Below, piece by piece: positions 1-11,600 of a stretch of 64,000 nucleotides of DNA (its first letter is position 1; every line of letters starts with the position of its first letter). The stretch comes from Bacteroidales bacterium (GTDB taxonomy: Bacteria > Bacteroidota > Bacteroidia > Bacteroidales > BM520), in NCBI GenBank assembly GCA_031276035.1, contig JAISNV010000024.1, positions 10,446 to 74,445 of the forward strand. Reading direction: 5' to 3'. A model generated the notes under the pieces. It was not told the DNA's origin. It saw nothing but the letters and a program-made list of their open reading frames with translations, and searched no databases. The translations under genes were made by a program, and so were the position numbers.

Positions 1-48
1 AAGATAGGAATAAATTTCTTAAAGTTTTAGGAAGGATAAAAATATTTT

Positions 49-816
49 TTAAATGATTTTTATATCAGTCTTTCTAATCCATCCGGTTTTACCGTTAGCC
101 AGCACAATTTCAATCCATTCTCCCACTTCGTCGTTAATATTTACTTTTGTTCCTTTATGCACAACAAAAATATCAACTCCGTTATCAATAGGTGAACCTT
201 TTGCAGTAACAGTAGGAGTAAATACTACGGCATAATCGTCCCGTGTAACTTGTTTTTTCAGCGAAATATTAACAATCAAAGATATAATAAACAATATTAA
301 TCCGAATATTGATAATCTGAATGCAACTTTCTTTACGGAAATATTTCTCCCTAAAGACATGACTATTATACATAAAACAGTGATTGAAAATAATATTAAA
401 TTTATTCTCATCCAATTTTTCAGAGAAAATACATTTATAAATGAGCGCCACCATTTTACATAAAACATTTCGGGCACCGCATCTATCTTATCTACAATAA
501 GTTTATTGGCAATAGAAAGATTATATTTAACATCATCATTATTAGGAGAAAGTCTTAACGCACGTTCATAATACAGAATTGCCGAAGGCATGTCATTAGT
601 TCTGAAATAACTGTTTCCCAGATTGTATAATAATTCGAAATTACTATATCCTTCATCATATAATTCTTGAAATAAAACAACTGCTGTTGCAAAATTTTCC
701 GCATTGTATTCATTTACGGCTTCGGAAAATTTTTCTTCTGGAGTTTGCGACATCATATTCAATGATATCGTAAATATCAACATCATTGTTAATCCTATGT
801 TTTTCAATATCTTCAT
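49..816 (-). CDS. batE: BatE-like TPR / SH3b-domain membrane protein (last gene of the Bat aerotolerance operon)
   Basis: Signal/TM N-terminus, TPR repeats (YNLGNSYF...AILYYERALRLSPNN), internal TM helices, C-terminal SH3b-like GEWIEIVLANGKTGWIRK. Positioned after batD. Confidence 0.7.
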   Translation of the reverse strand: MKILKNIGLTMMLIFTISLNMMSQTPEEKFSEAVNEYNAENFATAVVLFQELYDEGYSNFELLYNLGNSYFRTNDMPSAILYYERALRLSPNNDDVKYNLSIANKLIVDKIDAVPEMFYVKWWRSFINVFSLKNWMRINLILFSITVLCIIVMSLGRNISVKKVAFRLSIFGLILFIISLIVNISLKKQVTRDDYAVVFTPTVTAKGSPIDNGVDIFVVHKGTKVNINDEVGEWIEIVLANGKTGWIRKTDIKII

Positions 817-829
817 AACTCTCAGGATA

Positions 830-2668
830 TTATTTTTTTACTTTTTTCAATGTTGAATAAAAACTTTGAATTGCTTCCAAAGCACTATTATACAACGTGT
901 GCATTGATTCATTATCTCTTGACGGCGCAAATCGTGCAAACTCGGCTTCATCTAACACGGAAATATATTTATTTACACATTCGGATGAAATATTGTATTC
1001 ATTGGGAAGATTTATCAGAAAATCTCTATTGAGTTCCGAAATCGGAATGTTAAATCTATCGCCAATATATTGCCACATAGCATTTGACAATTCATTATAA
1101 AAAGCAGTGTCGGCATTTTCGTCCATGTATTGCTTAGCCTTCTTCAAACGTTTCATTGCCACAGATTCGGCACGCTTACGTTTTAAATTATCCACATCAC
1201 TTCTCTTATCAATAAATATTTTTATAAGAATTGCAACAATAACCAAAAACAAAAGTATTCCGGCCAAGACAACTAGGTATGATGATGATCCGAAAACTAC
1301 CAGTTTTGCTTTACTTAATTCCGAGGATAAGGGTTTGATATGTTTTATATCTTCTCCGATTGCGATGACATCTTCTCTGGATACGCCGGGAACGGATTGA
1401 AATGCAATGTCCGAATTTGCAACTTCAATTGTAAATTCCGGAGAATTTAGAATTACATATTCTTTTTTATTGGGATCAAAATAAGAAAATTCGAAAGATT
1501 TTATTTTAAATGTACCGGGGTTTCTGGGAATAATAACATATTCGAATATTTTCGAACCGGATACGGAATTTCTATCAACTTTAATATTTTGTGTAACCTT
1601 TGGTGCATAAGTCTCAAAATCGGATGGAAATTTAACATTGATTTTATCAATCAGTTTGATATTTCCCGAACCGTTTATCGTAAACTTCAATGTAATTGCT
1701 TCATTTGCTTTTAACTCTGTTTTGTCAATAGTTGCAGCTATAGAAAAATTTCCTACCGCACCTGAGAATGAAATCGGCTTACCTTGAGCCGGCAAAGGTT
1801 TAACATTTAGAGTCAAAGGTTTTGTCGTACATTTTATAGGAACATTTTGATAACCGCCGAAAAACTCATTAAAGAACGGATCGTTATATCCTTGAGCACG
1901 AGTTTTTACTCTTGAAATAATTTCAATATCCGCAGACGGAATTGTAATTTCCCCGCCTCTTTGAGGAAATAAAATATTTCGCTGAATTTCAGCATATCTA
2001 TATGATTGATTATTGTAAACGGTGGATTGTAAACCGATATTTCCCAACTCAAAATCTTCTTTCCAGAAACCTGTGTACTGTGGAAATTTTACTTCACCGA
2101 AGCCTGCCAAATCAACTTTAGTATATACTTTATAGGAAAGAATTACTTGTTCTCCGACATAAACATCTTTTTTGTTTAATTCTGAGACGACAAAAACATT
2201 AGACCCTGAAGAATTCGATTGCTCCGAACCGGATTGAGAATTCGATTGCCCCGGCTGCTGTTGTCCGCCGGCGCTCCCCTGTTGCCCCTGAACAACTTCA
2301 ATAACAAGCGTATTAGACTCATATTGTGAATTGTTAACTGTTACAGTTGCCGGGTTAATTGTATACTTCCCTACTTCATTAGCTTGAACATAAAAAGTAT
2401 AACTTGTTGTATAAGTATGAGATTGTTGTCCGTTGATAATTTGAAAATTTGAGCTAGTAGAAGTATTCGGGCCGGATAGTTTTACCATTCCGGGCATTTC
2501 AGGAAAATTCACCCGATTAGAACTTCTTTGATTAATAGTATATTTTATCGCAAATTGCTCGCCCAAACGCACAATCGCAGGTGCTTCCGCAGTAAACTGA
2601 ATATCCTGGCAATAAATTACCATAGGTATCAAAAGTGCAATAAGTAATATTAATCGCTTCAGTCTCAT
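830..2668 (-). CDS. batD: BatD-like oxygen-tolerance protein
   Basis: 612 aa with a signal peptide, a Q/S/G-rich linker and a late TM helix (LVVLAGILLFLVIVAILI). Canonical position between batC and batE. Confidence 0.75.
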   Translation of the reverse strand: MRLKRLILLIALLIPMVIYCQDIQFTAEAPAIVRLGEQFAIKYTINQRSSNRVNFPEMPGMVKLSGPNTSTSSNFQIINGQQSHTYTTSYTFYVQANEVGKYTINPATVTVNNSQYESNTLVIEVVQGQQGSAGGQQQPGQSNSQSGSEQSNSSGSNVFVVSELNKKDVYVGEQVILSYKVYTKVDLAGFGEVKFPQYTGFWKEDFELGNIGLQSTVYNNQSYRYAEIQRNILFPQRGGEITIPSADIEIISRVKTRAQGYNDPFFNEFFGGYQNVPIKCTTKPLTLNVKPLPAQGKPISFSGAVGNFSIAATIDKTELKANEAITLKFTINGSGNIKLIDKINVKFPSDFETYAPKVTQNIKVDRNSVSGSKIFEYVIIPRNPGTFKIKSFEFSYFDPNKKEYVILNSPEFTIEVANSDIAFQSVPGVSREDVIAIGEDIKHIKPLSSELSKAKLVVFGSSSYLVVLAGILLFLVIVAILIKIFIDKRSDVDNLKRKRAESVAMKRLKKAKQYMDENADTAFYNELSNAMWQYIGDRFNIPISELNRDFLINLPNEYNISSECVNKYISVLDEAEFARFAPSRDNESMHTLYNSALEAIQSFYSTLKKVKK

Positions 2669-2682
2669 ATATTATATTGTTT

Positions 2683-3435
2683 TTACCAATCTTTATCAAT
2701 CTTAACCTTCTGATCTTTATGTTTTTGTTCGAGAATTCTGCTCATCGTCTGTTGCTCTTCATTTTTCAAAGCTTCCAAAATTCTCTCCGCATCTTCCTCG
2801 GAAATTTCTACTTGTTGAGCTTGTTGCTGCTCTTTCTCTTCACCGCCTTTCGATTCATCCTGCTGAGCCTGTTGTTGTTCGGATTGTTCGTTTTTGCCTT
2901 GCTCTTCCTGATTCTGGCTATTTTGTCCTTCTTGCTCTTGACTTTGATCAGACTCTTTGTTTTCATCACTTTGCTGCTGATCTTGGCCGTTTTGCTGTAA
3001 CATTTTCTTAGCCATTTCAAGGTTATATCGAGCTTCATCGGTAGGAAGTTTTCTCAAAGATTCTTTGTACGCAGCAACAGCTTCGGCATATTTTCCTTCC
3101 TTGTAAAACGAATTACCGAGATTATAAAACGATGAAGATTTTAATTTATTATTCTCAGCTCTCTCCGCAGTTGCCAAATATGATAAGGCAGCCTCAGAAT
3201 AATTTTCTTGCATATATAATGAGTTCCCGAGATTAAATTCGGCTTCAATCATAAGAGGTTTCTCCTCTAAAGCCTTTCTGTACTTAATCTCAGCATCATG
3301 ATAATTATCTTTATTAAAATCCCTGTTTCCGCTTCTGACCTCTGATTTTTCTTTTTGACAATATGCAGACTGCGAAAAGACTAAAGTCATTATCGTTATA
3401 AATGAAATATTTAATATGTTTGTTTTATGTATCAT
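2683..3435 (-). CDS. batC: BatC-like TPR protein with Q/E-rich acidic tail
   Basis: Signal peptide, TPR repeats (FNLGNSLYMQENYSEA, FYNLGNSFYKEGKYAEA), Q/E low-complexity C-terminus. Its 3' end overlaps the batB stop region by 4 nt. Confidence 0.7.
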   Translation of the reverse strand: MIHKTNILNISFITIMTLVFSQSAYCQKEKSEVRSGNRDFNKDNYHDAEIKYRKALEEKPLMIEAEFNLGNSLYMQENYSEAALSYLATAERAENNKLKSSSFYNLGNSFYKEGKYAEAVAAYKESLRKLPTDEARYNLEMAKKMLQQNGQDQQQSDENKESDQSQEQEGQNSQNQEEQGKNEQSEQQQAQQDESKGGEEKEQQQAQQVEISEEDAERILEALKNEEQQTMSRILEQKHKDQKVKIDKDW

Positions 3436-4472
3436 TTCACCTTAGTAAAATATTTATCAATTTTAAATCTATTACTTGATTTATCGGGAATACATATTAA
3501 TAACACAAGTAAAATCAAAGCCGCAGCAATAAAATACTGGAATTGATCTTTGTAATCTGTTACTTTTTGAGTTTCGAAAACAGTTTTATCTTTATTATTA
3601 ATATCATCAAGAATCTTTTGCAAACCCACACGGGCGCTATTTGCACGAGTATATGAACCTTTACCCGCATCGGCAATTTTAATCAATGAAGTTTCATCCA
3701 ATTTGGTAACAACGGTCATGCCTTTATTATCTTTTTTATAGCCGATATTTCTGCCGTTCTGAATAATCGGAATAGGCGTTCCTTCAAGCATCCCGATACC
3801 GATTGTATGAACCGAAATTCCTTTTTCAGCTGCTTTCTTTGCTTCGGCAACAGCATCGCCGATATGATTTTCACCGTCGGTAATAATGATTATCACTTTA
3901 CTGTGATCGGAATCATTGAAAGCTTCCATAGAAATCTTTATAGCTTCGGCCAAAGCGGTTCCCTGCACCGGAATAAACGACGGAGTAACGGTATTCAAAA
4001 GCATTCTCACCGAACCGTAATCAGTTGTAAGCGGCATTTGCATATAAGCTTTACCCGCAAAAACAACCATTCCGATTCTGTCGTTTTTCATATTATCCAT
4101 GAGATTCGAGATTGCTTGCTTCGCCCTGTCAAGTCGCGAAGGTTTAATATCTTCGGCAAGCATGCTGTTCGAAATATCCAGAGCAATAACAACATCTATA
4201 CCTTTTCTTTCTACGGTCTCTATTTTTGAACCTACTTGCGGATTTGCCAAACCAATGATTAAGAAAACAAAAACCAAAACAAATAAAATATATTTTATCA
4301 CACGGATAGTTGTAGACGAACCGAATATAAGTTTCGAAATAACATCTTTATCGCCAATTTTATCGGCAAATTTCTTCCTCCTTACCTCAACAACAATAAT
4401 TACGACAATTATTGCTGCCAAAGCGAGCAACCAATATAATATTTTAGGATTTTCAAATCTAAACAACGACAT
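3432..4472 (-). CDS. batB: BatB, VWA-domain membrane protein
   Basis: N-terminal TM helices, VWA MIDAS motif (VIALDISNSM), C-terminal TM. Operon position. Confidence 0.8.
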   Translation of the reverse strand: MSLFRFENPKILYWLLALAAIIVVIIVVEVRRKKFADKIGDKDVISKLIFGSSTTIRVIKYILFVLVFVFLIIGLANPQVGSKIETVERKGIDVVIALDISNSMLAEDIKPSRLDRAKQAISNLMDNMKNDRIGMVVFAGKAYMQMPLTTDYGSVRMLLNTVTPSFIPVQGTALAEAIKISMEAFNDSDHSKVIIIITDGENHIGDAVAEAKKAAEKGISVHTIGIGMLEGTPIPIIQNGRNIGYKKDNKGMTVVTKLDETSLIKIADAGKGSYTRANSARVGLQKILDDINNKDKTVFETQKVTDYKDQFQYFIAAALILLVLLICIPDKSSNRFKIDKYFTKVK

Positions 4473-4481
4473 AATTGGTTT

Positions 4482-5480
4482 TTATAGGAATATTTTTAAT
4501 ACAAATTTTCTAATAACAAAATCCAAACAAAGTAATAATAATGCAGCTAATACATAGTTGAAAAATTCTTCATGCTTCTTCTCATACTCATATACTTCTA
4601 TTTTAGATTTTTCTAATTTATCAATTTCTTCATAAATTCTACTCAAAGAATTATTATCCGTAGCTCTGAAGTATTTACCGCCGGTAATTGTAGATATCTG
4701 TCTCATAAGATCTTCGTCTATGTTTACTTCCATTTGTTGATATCTTTTATTACCGAAAATATCTTGAGCCGGGTATGGAGCCATTCCGTTTGTACCAACT
4801 CCTACCGTATAAACTCTGATACCGAAGGTTTTAGCTATTTCAGCTGCCGAAGCCGGATCGATAGAGCCCGCATTATTCACACCATCGGTAAGTAAGATAA
4901 TAACTTTACTAATAGCATCACTTTCTTTTAAACGCAGTACGGAAGTTGCCAGTCCGCTACCGATTGCGGTTCCGTCTTCAATCATTCCGATTCTGATTTC
5001 TTTAAAGAGACTTTTAAGAACAGTGTGGTCGGTAGTTAACGGGCATTGAGTAAACGATTCGCCGGCAAAAACAACCAAACCGATTCTATCGTTCGGTCTC
5101 TGATCAATAAAATCAATAGCAACTTTCTTTGCAGCATCCAACCTATTAGGTTTAAAATCCTCAGCAAGCATACTACTCGAAATATCCATAGTCATAATAA
5201 TGTCTATACCTTCGACATTCATGGTTTTGTTCTTTTCACTGGATTGCGGTCGAGCTAAAGCAATGACCAGCAAAGCAATGATTATCATTTCTATTCCGAA
5301 CAGAACGTGAATGAGAATTTCTTTATAAGTTACTCGTTTTCTACCTGTTGAATGTACATCGGATATTTGCAAAGCAGGATATGACTTTCTCAGCTTTAAT
5401 ACATATAATACAATTATCAAAGGTATTAAAAGCAGCAAGTAGAAGCATTCAGGATTTGCAAATTCAATGTTATTCCACAT
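4482..5480 (-). CDS. batA: BatA, VWA-domain membrane protein
   Basis: N-terminal TM helices, VWA MIDAS motif (IMTMDISSSM), C-terminal TM. Operon position. Confidence 0.8.
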   Translation of the reverse strand: MWNNIEFANPECFYLLLLIPLIIVLYVLKLRKSYPALQISDVHSTGRKRVTYKEILIHVLFGIEMIIIALLVIALARPQSSEKNKTMNVEGIDIIMTMDISSSMLAEDFKPNRLDAAKKVAIDFIDQRPNDRIGLVVFAGESFTQCPLTTDHTVLKSLFKEIRIGMIEDGTAIGSGLATSVLRLKESDAISKVIILLTDGVNNAGSIDPASAAEIAKTFGIRVYTVGVGTNGMAPYPAQDIFGNKRYQQMEVNIDEDLMRQISTITGGKYFRATDNNSLSRIYEEIDKLEKSKIEVYEYEKKHEEFFNYVLAALLLLCLDFVIRKFVLKIFL

Positions 5481-6432
5481 TTTCTTCCTTAGATTTTAAC
5501 TCGGAAATATATTTCCAAGAGCCGTTAACAAAATCGTACGCATCTTTTAATATTTTCATATTCTCATCCGCTTCAGTAGTGCCTTTGGCAAACTTCACCA
5601 TATCAGAAGTAATAAAAATATTATAAGCTAATTTGTATAAATCCTCTTGATATTTATCGTTTTTCTTCATCAAATCGAAAATATCATCGGTGATCATTTC
5701 AACAGCAGGAATATCGAAGGTTCCCGCTATATATTCACGCAAAATATCAGTAATTTCACTATAATACTCCTTAATCTGCCCCGATTGCCAGAGCTTTTTA
5801 TTTTCCAGAGCATATAAAGAATCAATTGCCAGTCTGTTTGGCGGTATAATAGGTTTCGAACGCGTTACAATTGGCAACTTCCTATGTTTTTTAATATAGT
5901 AAATCAGAAATACAATCAATCCAATTACAATCAATATTAATAATACAAATCCCGATTTTCTTGCAACTTCGGCAAAAGTAACGGGAAGATTCAATATCGG
6001 AGAAATAGGAAGAATATTTCCGGTTGAATCTACTTCTACCGTTTGAACTTCAAAAAGTAAGGCATTAGTTTCAAAAAATTCCTCTATTCCGTTTTGATTT
6101 TTAATTTTAAATTCGAAAGGAGGAATTACGTAATAACCCGAATCGAATGAAATAAGTGTAAGATTCTGAATATATTGATACTGACTTTTGGAAACAATAG
6201 TATCAACATACGTTCTTTCAACAATTTCTATTTCAGTTACAATAGTATCGCCTATTTGCGGCCATTCGATTGAATCGATTTTTCCGTTTGAAATTACCGA
6301 TAGTTGCAAATTGCTGTGTTCACCTATTAACACGTTGTTTTTGTCAAGTGTTGCTGAAACATTGATATCCTGTTGTGCAAAAACAATCAGACAGAGAAAT
6401 AACGTATATAATAAAAGAACTGCTTTTCTCAT
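5470..6432 (-). CDS. Bat-operon membrane protein of unknown function (signal peptide plus central TM)
   Basis: 320 aa with a signal peptide and one central TM (GFVLLILIVIGLIVFLIYYI). Sits between the DUF58 gene and batA, as in described Bacteroides bat clusters. 11-nt overlap with batA. Confidence 0.5.
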   Translation of the reverse strand: MRKAVLLLYTLFLCLIVFAQQDINVSATLDKNNVLIGEHSNLQLSVISNGKIDSIEWPQIGDTIVTEIEIVERTYVDTIVSKSQYQYIQNLTLISFDSGYYVIPPFEFKIKNQNGIEEFFETNALLFEVQTVEVDSTGNILPISPILNLPVTFAEVARKSGFVLLILIVIGLIVFLIYYIKKHRKLPIVTRSKPIIPPNRLAIDSLYALENKKLWQSGQIKEYYSEITDILREYIAGTFDIPAVEMITDDIFDLMKKNDKYQEDLYKLAYNIFITSDMVKFAKGTTEADENMKILKDAYDFVNGSWKYISELKSKEENVE

Positions 6433-6436
6433 AATC

Positions 6437-7312
6437 TTAATACCTGCTTTCTCTTACCTTAAAAAGTTTCATAAGTTCCTTAACATAATCCCTGTCTGTT
6501 CTCAGAAAAGCATGATCAACTCCGCATCTCAAAAATAATTTTGAGATCTCCGTATTTTTATCTCTCCACCATTGCGAATATTCATTTCTAACAGTTTTAG
6601 AAGATGTATCCATCCAAGTTGTTTTCCCTTCTTCCTTATCAAAAACCCTTACCATTCCTACATTAGGAATATCATATTCGCGTGGATCCGTAATTCTAAG
6701 CGCAACAATATCATGCTTATACTTTGCAATTCTAAGAGCATTCTCAAAATCAGGAGAAATAAAATCCGACAGAACAAAGCAGGTTGTTTTCTTTTTCATT
6801 GAATTTGTAAGAAAACGTAATGCTTCGGCAATATCCGTTTTTTGACTTTCAGGTTTGAAATCAATTAGTTCTCTAATAATTCTAAGAATATGGGTAGAAC
6901 CCTTTTTCGGCGGAATAAATTTTTCGATTTTATCTGAAAAAAAGATAACTCCGACCTTATCATTATTACTAATAGCCGAAAAAGAAAGAACAGCAGCCAC
7001 TTCAGTAATGACATCTTCTTTAAGACAATTTTTGGAACCGAATTCATTGGATCCGCTGACATCAACCAGAAGCATAACCGTAAGTTCACGTTCTTCCTCA
7101 AAAATTTTCACAAAAGGTCTATTATAGCGCGCAGTAACATTCCAATCAATATTTCTCGTGTCGTCACCATATTCATATTCCCTCACTTCACTAAAAGCCA
7201 TACCTCTACCTTTAAAAGCACTATGATATTGTCCGGCAAATATTTGCTGGGATAATCCGCGACTTTTTATTTCGATTTTTTTGACCTTTTTGAGAATTTC
7301 TTTGGTATTCAC
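6437..7312 (-). CDS. DUF58-family protein (MoxR-associated, VWA-like)
   Basis: Typical DUF58 motifs (FSEVREYEYGDDTRNIDWNVTAR) immediately downstream of the MoxR ATPase. Confidence 0.8.
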   Translation of the reverse strand: MNTKEILKKVKKIEIKSRGLSQQIFAGQYHSAFKGRGMAFSEVREYEYGDDTRNIDWNVTARYNRPFVKIFEEERELTVMLLVDVSGSNEFGSKNCLKEDVITEVAAVLSFSAISNNDKVGVIFFSDKIEKFIPPKKGSTHILRIIRELIDFKPESQKTDIAEALRFLTNSMKKKTTCFVLSDFISPDFENALRIAKYKHDIVALRITDPREYDIPNVGMVRVFDKEEGKTTWMDTSSKTVRNEYSQWWRDKNTEISKLFLRCGVDHAFLRTDRDYVKELMKLFKVRESRY

Positions 7313-7363
7313 TTCAAAATAAATATTAAGTGTTACTAAAAGAATAGAATTAAATAAATACTA

Positions 7364-8353
7364 TTAAGGTACCTCAACTCTATTTAATATTTCATTGATA
7401 ATATTATCCGAAGTAATATTTTCGGCTTCGGCTTCATAAGATAAACCTATGCGATGTCTGAGAACGTCGTATGCAACAGCTCTGACATCTTCGGGAATAA
7501 CATAGCCTCTTCTTTTGATGAATGCGTAGCCCTTAGCAGCAAGCGCAAGACCGATAGAGGCACGCGGAGATGCACCGTAACTTATCATTGATGCATAATC
7601 TTCCATTTTATACTTCTCGGGATAACGCGAAGCGAAGACTATATCCGTGATATAAGTTTCTATCTTTTCGTCAAGATAAATAGATCTTGCAATTTCTTTC
7701 AACTCAATAATATCCTCAAGTTTAACAATTTTATTACACTTTGGATACCCGCTGAGAATATTTTGGCGCAGGATAAGTTTTTCTTCTTCTTTACTCGGAT
7801 AACCTACTACTACTTTCAACATAAATCTATCCACTTGGGCTTCCGGCAAAGGATAAGTACCTTCTTGTTCGATCGGATTTTGTGTTGCCATAACTAAGAA
7901 GGGATTATCCAATTTAAAAGTTTTATCACCTATAGTAACTTGTCTCTCCTGCATAGCTTCCAGCAATGCACTTTGTACTTTGGCCGGAGACCTGTTAATC
8001 TCATCGGCAAGAATAAAATTAGCGAAAATCGGACCTTTTTTAACTTCAAAAGATTCGCTTTTCGGACTATATATCATTGTGCCTATTAAGTCGGCAGGAA
8101 GTAGGTCCGGAGTAAATTGGATTCTACTAAAAGAAGCATTGATAGTATCTGATAGTGATTTTATAGCCAATGTTTTAGCAAGTCCTGGTACACCTTCAAG
8201 GAGAATATGACCTTCCATCAACAAACCGATCAAAAGTCTTTCAGTCATATACTTTTGACCGATAATCACTTTATTCATTTCGAGTAAAATTGAATCGATA
8301 ATTGAGCTACGTTCAATTATCAACTCATTAAGTTCTCTGATATTCGCGTTCAT
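7364..8353 (-). CDS. MoxR-family AAA+ ATPase (first gene of the bat operon)
   Basis: Walker A GVPGLAKT, Walker B ILADEINR, length and sequence typical of MoxR. A -7 box lies 17 nt upstream. Confidence 0.9.
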   Translation of the reverse strand: MNANIRELNELIIERSSIIDSILLEMNKVIIGQKYMTERLLIGLLMEGHILLEGVPGLAKTLAIKSLSDTINASFSRIQFTPDLLPADLIGTMIYSPKSESFEVKKGPIFANFILADEINRSPAKVQSALLEAMQERQVTIGDKTFKLDNPFLVMATQNPIEQEGTYPLPEAQVDRFMLKVVVGYPSKEEEKLILRQNILSGYPKCNKIVKLEDIIELKEIARSIYLDEKIETYITDIVFASRYPEKYKMEDYASMISYGASPRASIGLALAAKGYAFIKRRGYVIPEDVRAVAYDVLRHRIGLSYEAEAENITSDNIINEILNRVEVP

Positions 8354-8606
8354 GTTTCGATAATTTTTTGCAAAAATATTATTTCATTACTTGAATAACA
8401 AATTAATCACTGTTAAATTATGTTAAGTGTTTGATTTTCAAAATATTTATCGAAAGGATAATTAATTTTTCAAAAAAATTCTCTTTTTAAATTATTTTTT
8501 ACAAAAAATGTTATAAATTTGTAGATTGAAATATTATAGAAATATTCTATGTGGTATTGATTTGCAATTTTTTAATAAAGAAATAAATAGAAAAAAATAA
8601 TAGCTT

Positions 8607-11600
8607 ATGAAAATCAAACATTTACGATTCAAATTTTTTGCAATATCTTTGGGTGCTGCATTATTTTTGTTAACTACTGCTTTTATAGCGAATAACTTTA
8701 TTAGCAGTAAATCTGATAAACAAGTAAATTATTATCAGTCGGAACATGAATATCTGAATTCATTGCGTATGAATCCGAAGACTGGTACCGTTTCTCCTAC
8801 CGATTATGCTAAAGCGTTGAAAGAAGTACAAAAATACCGCGCTAACAATGCTAATAAAAGTAGTGAATTAATTTGGGAAAATGAAGGTCCTGATAATTTA
8901 GCAGGAAGAATGCGTAGTACACTTCGTGTTGAATCCGGTGATAAAGCATATTGGTATGCAGGCAGTGTTAGTGGTGGTTTATGGCGATTGGAAGAAGGAT
9001 CTCAAGTATGGAGCATCGTTTCAGAAAGCGTAAACAGTTTAAATGTCAGCAGTATGCATCAATCTACCGATGGAACATTATATATTGGGACAGGAGAAAG
9101 TTTCTATAGTGAAGATTTTAACTTATTACCTGGTTTTAAAGGAAGAGGAATTTATAAATCTTCAAACGGAGTTGATTTCACTGTTATTGCATCTACAGTT
9201 CCTACTGAAAATGCCGTATACGGAGAAGATTGGTTTTATATCAACAAAATTACAACTATTAACAACAGATTATTTGTCGGTACAAATACCGGATTAAATG
9301 TTTCTGACCTTCAAGGAAGTTCTTGGACAATTGCTAAAACCTCCGACGGACAAGAATTAACCGGTGAATGTAACGAATTAGTTTCCATGAATAATGCTAT
9401 TGCTGCATTTGTTGACGGATTAGCATATATATCTGTTAATGGAGATCCTAATAATTTCGTATGTATCTCAACAAAATATGAAGAAAGCGGTACAATATAT
9501 AATTCAACTATGTTACCGAAAAATAACATAGGTAGAGTATGTTTTGCATTTGCTCCGTCAAATCCTGATTACTTATATGCGATTGCAATTAGTTCCGATG
9601 CAAGTAACAGGGGTAAACTTGAAAATATTTATCGTTCTGTAAAGGGTAATAACGGCTGGACAAATTGGACTGCTATCGGACCGGGTGGAAGTACACATAT
9701 GTTCTATGTTTTTGAATCTAACGGATTATATTCGTCAGCTATTGCTATTGATCCGGATAATGAAAATAGAATATTTATCGGCGGCAACGATTTATGGAGA
9801 GGTGACTACGTAGAAGGCGGTGAGTTATATCAATGGACTCAACTAACTACTTACAAATCTTTATACTCCAGTGCATACGTTCCAAGCAATCATTTTTCTT
9901 ATTTAATAGATAGCAGCGGCAACATTGCCATTGCATGTGAAAATGGTATTTATGTTTTCAATAATTCGACACTTAGAGCCTCATCTCGTAATATTAACTT
10001 AACTACATCTCAATTTTATACTGTCTCTGCTAACTACAAAGGTAATGTTTACGGTGGTACGCAAGGTAACGGTACAGTATTAATTGATCCTAATACAAGT
10101 ATAAGCGGTAAAGGCGGAGAGAACGTAGTTCCAAGTATTAGTTTAAGCACAGGCGAAGACTTTAATGCTTTCAATATCGGAGGCTATGTTCATAATAGTA
10201 TGATAAATCCAATAGGTGTTATTGTATCAATAAACGGTAATGATGATATAAAGGATGAAAGTATTTCTATTTATGCTTATTTTGGCGGAAAACAACGTTT
10301 GACAATTTATCGTTATGACGATCAAATGCCGCAAAATATCTCATATTGGCTCGATGGTAGTGATCCTATAAAACCTATAGAAGACAGTGCTTCATATATT
10401 ACTCCATCTATTTTATGGGAAAACTTTAATTATACACAAAGCAGAGATAGTGTTGATTTTACCGCAGATAAAGATTATGTTATAGGTGATAAAGTCTATG
10501 CCGCAAGTAAAAATGCTTATTATCCTATTGAAGTAATATTAGAAGAAAATTTAAGCGAAGGTCAAACAATTAGAGTTCAAGATATAGTTGCTTCAAAATT
10601 CTTTGTAGGAGTAAACAGTTCAATTTTTATGACAACCGAAGCCTCTAATTTTAATAGAGATTTTAGAAATGATAACCCATGGTGGACTATATCAAGCAGT
10701 AAGCTCGGTGGTATTCAAGGAACTCCGCAATGTTTAGGTTTATCAAAAGATGCCAATTATTTATATGTAGGTACAAAAGACGGTAAATTATATAAATTAT
10801 CTAATATTGCTGCTGCATATAATACTGAAACAGCAAATGTAGGATCTAACCTCTATGCTACCAGCGGCACTGTTACGGCAAATCCATACTGCGTTGTAAA
10901 TACCTCCTTAATTGCTGATTTCGGTGATAGAGTTATTACTTCGGTTTCAGTTCATCCGAATAACTCTCAAATTGTTGTTGTTACTTTAGGTAATTATGGT
11001 TTTGATGATTATGTTTACATTACAAAAGATGCTTTGGAAAAAGAGCCGACTTTTAATAAAGTTAATAGTTTGCATCTTGCTCATGCACCGATTTATACTT
11101 CAATATTTGTTGAAGGTGTAGAAAATAATGATAACATGTTTATGATAGGTACGGACTTCGGAATTTGGAGCACTTCTGATATCACAGGAAATCAAGTAGA
11201 ATGGATTGAAGAAGAAGCCGGTATTGGTGAACTACCTGTATTTATGTTAAAACAACAAAATGTTCAAACTGATAACGGTAAACCTGTATACTATGACGGA
11301 CAAGAATTGTATATTAGCAATTACAGAGGTATTTATGCCGCAACTTTCGGTGGAGGTGTCTTCAAATGTACAAATTTAGTTAAAACAGGTGTAACAGGTA
11401 TTGATGATCCCGTAATCGCTAATAATGATAACGATATTAATATTTATCCTAATCCGGCAAAAGATTATGTAAATATTTCTATTGAAACAGATTCTAACGT
11501 TGATGCAACTTTATATATATATAATGTATCTGGGAAACTCGTAAATGTTATGACTAAACGTTCATTTTCCGACAAAGTAACATTTACTTTAAATACTTCT

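Noticed and set aside
2200-3000. Short direct repeats (GAATTCGATTGC twice near 2215-2255; TTGCTG-type repeats 2790-3000)
   Set aside because: They lie inside batD and batC and encode the Q/S/G-rich and Q/E-rich low-complexity linkers. This is coding microsatellite-like sequence, not a CRISPR or regulatory array.
3807-4557. 140-aa and 152-aa plus-strand ORFs overlapping batB/batA, and similar ORFs at 21411..21854, 15199..15540 and 6188..6538
   Set aside because: All lie antisense inside well-supported genes. None has a signal or motif, and their composition is typical of shadow frames.
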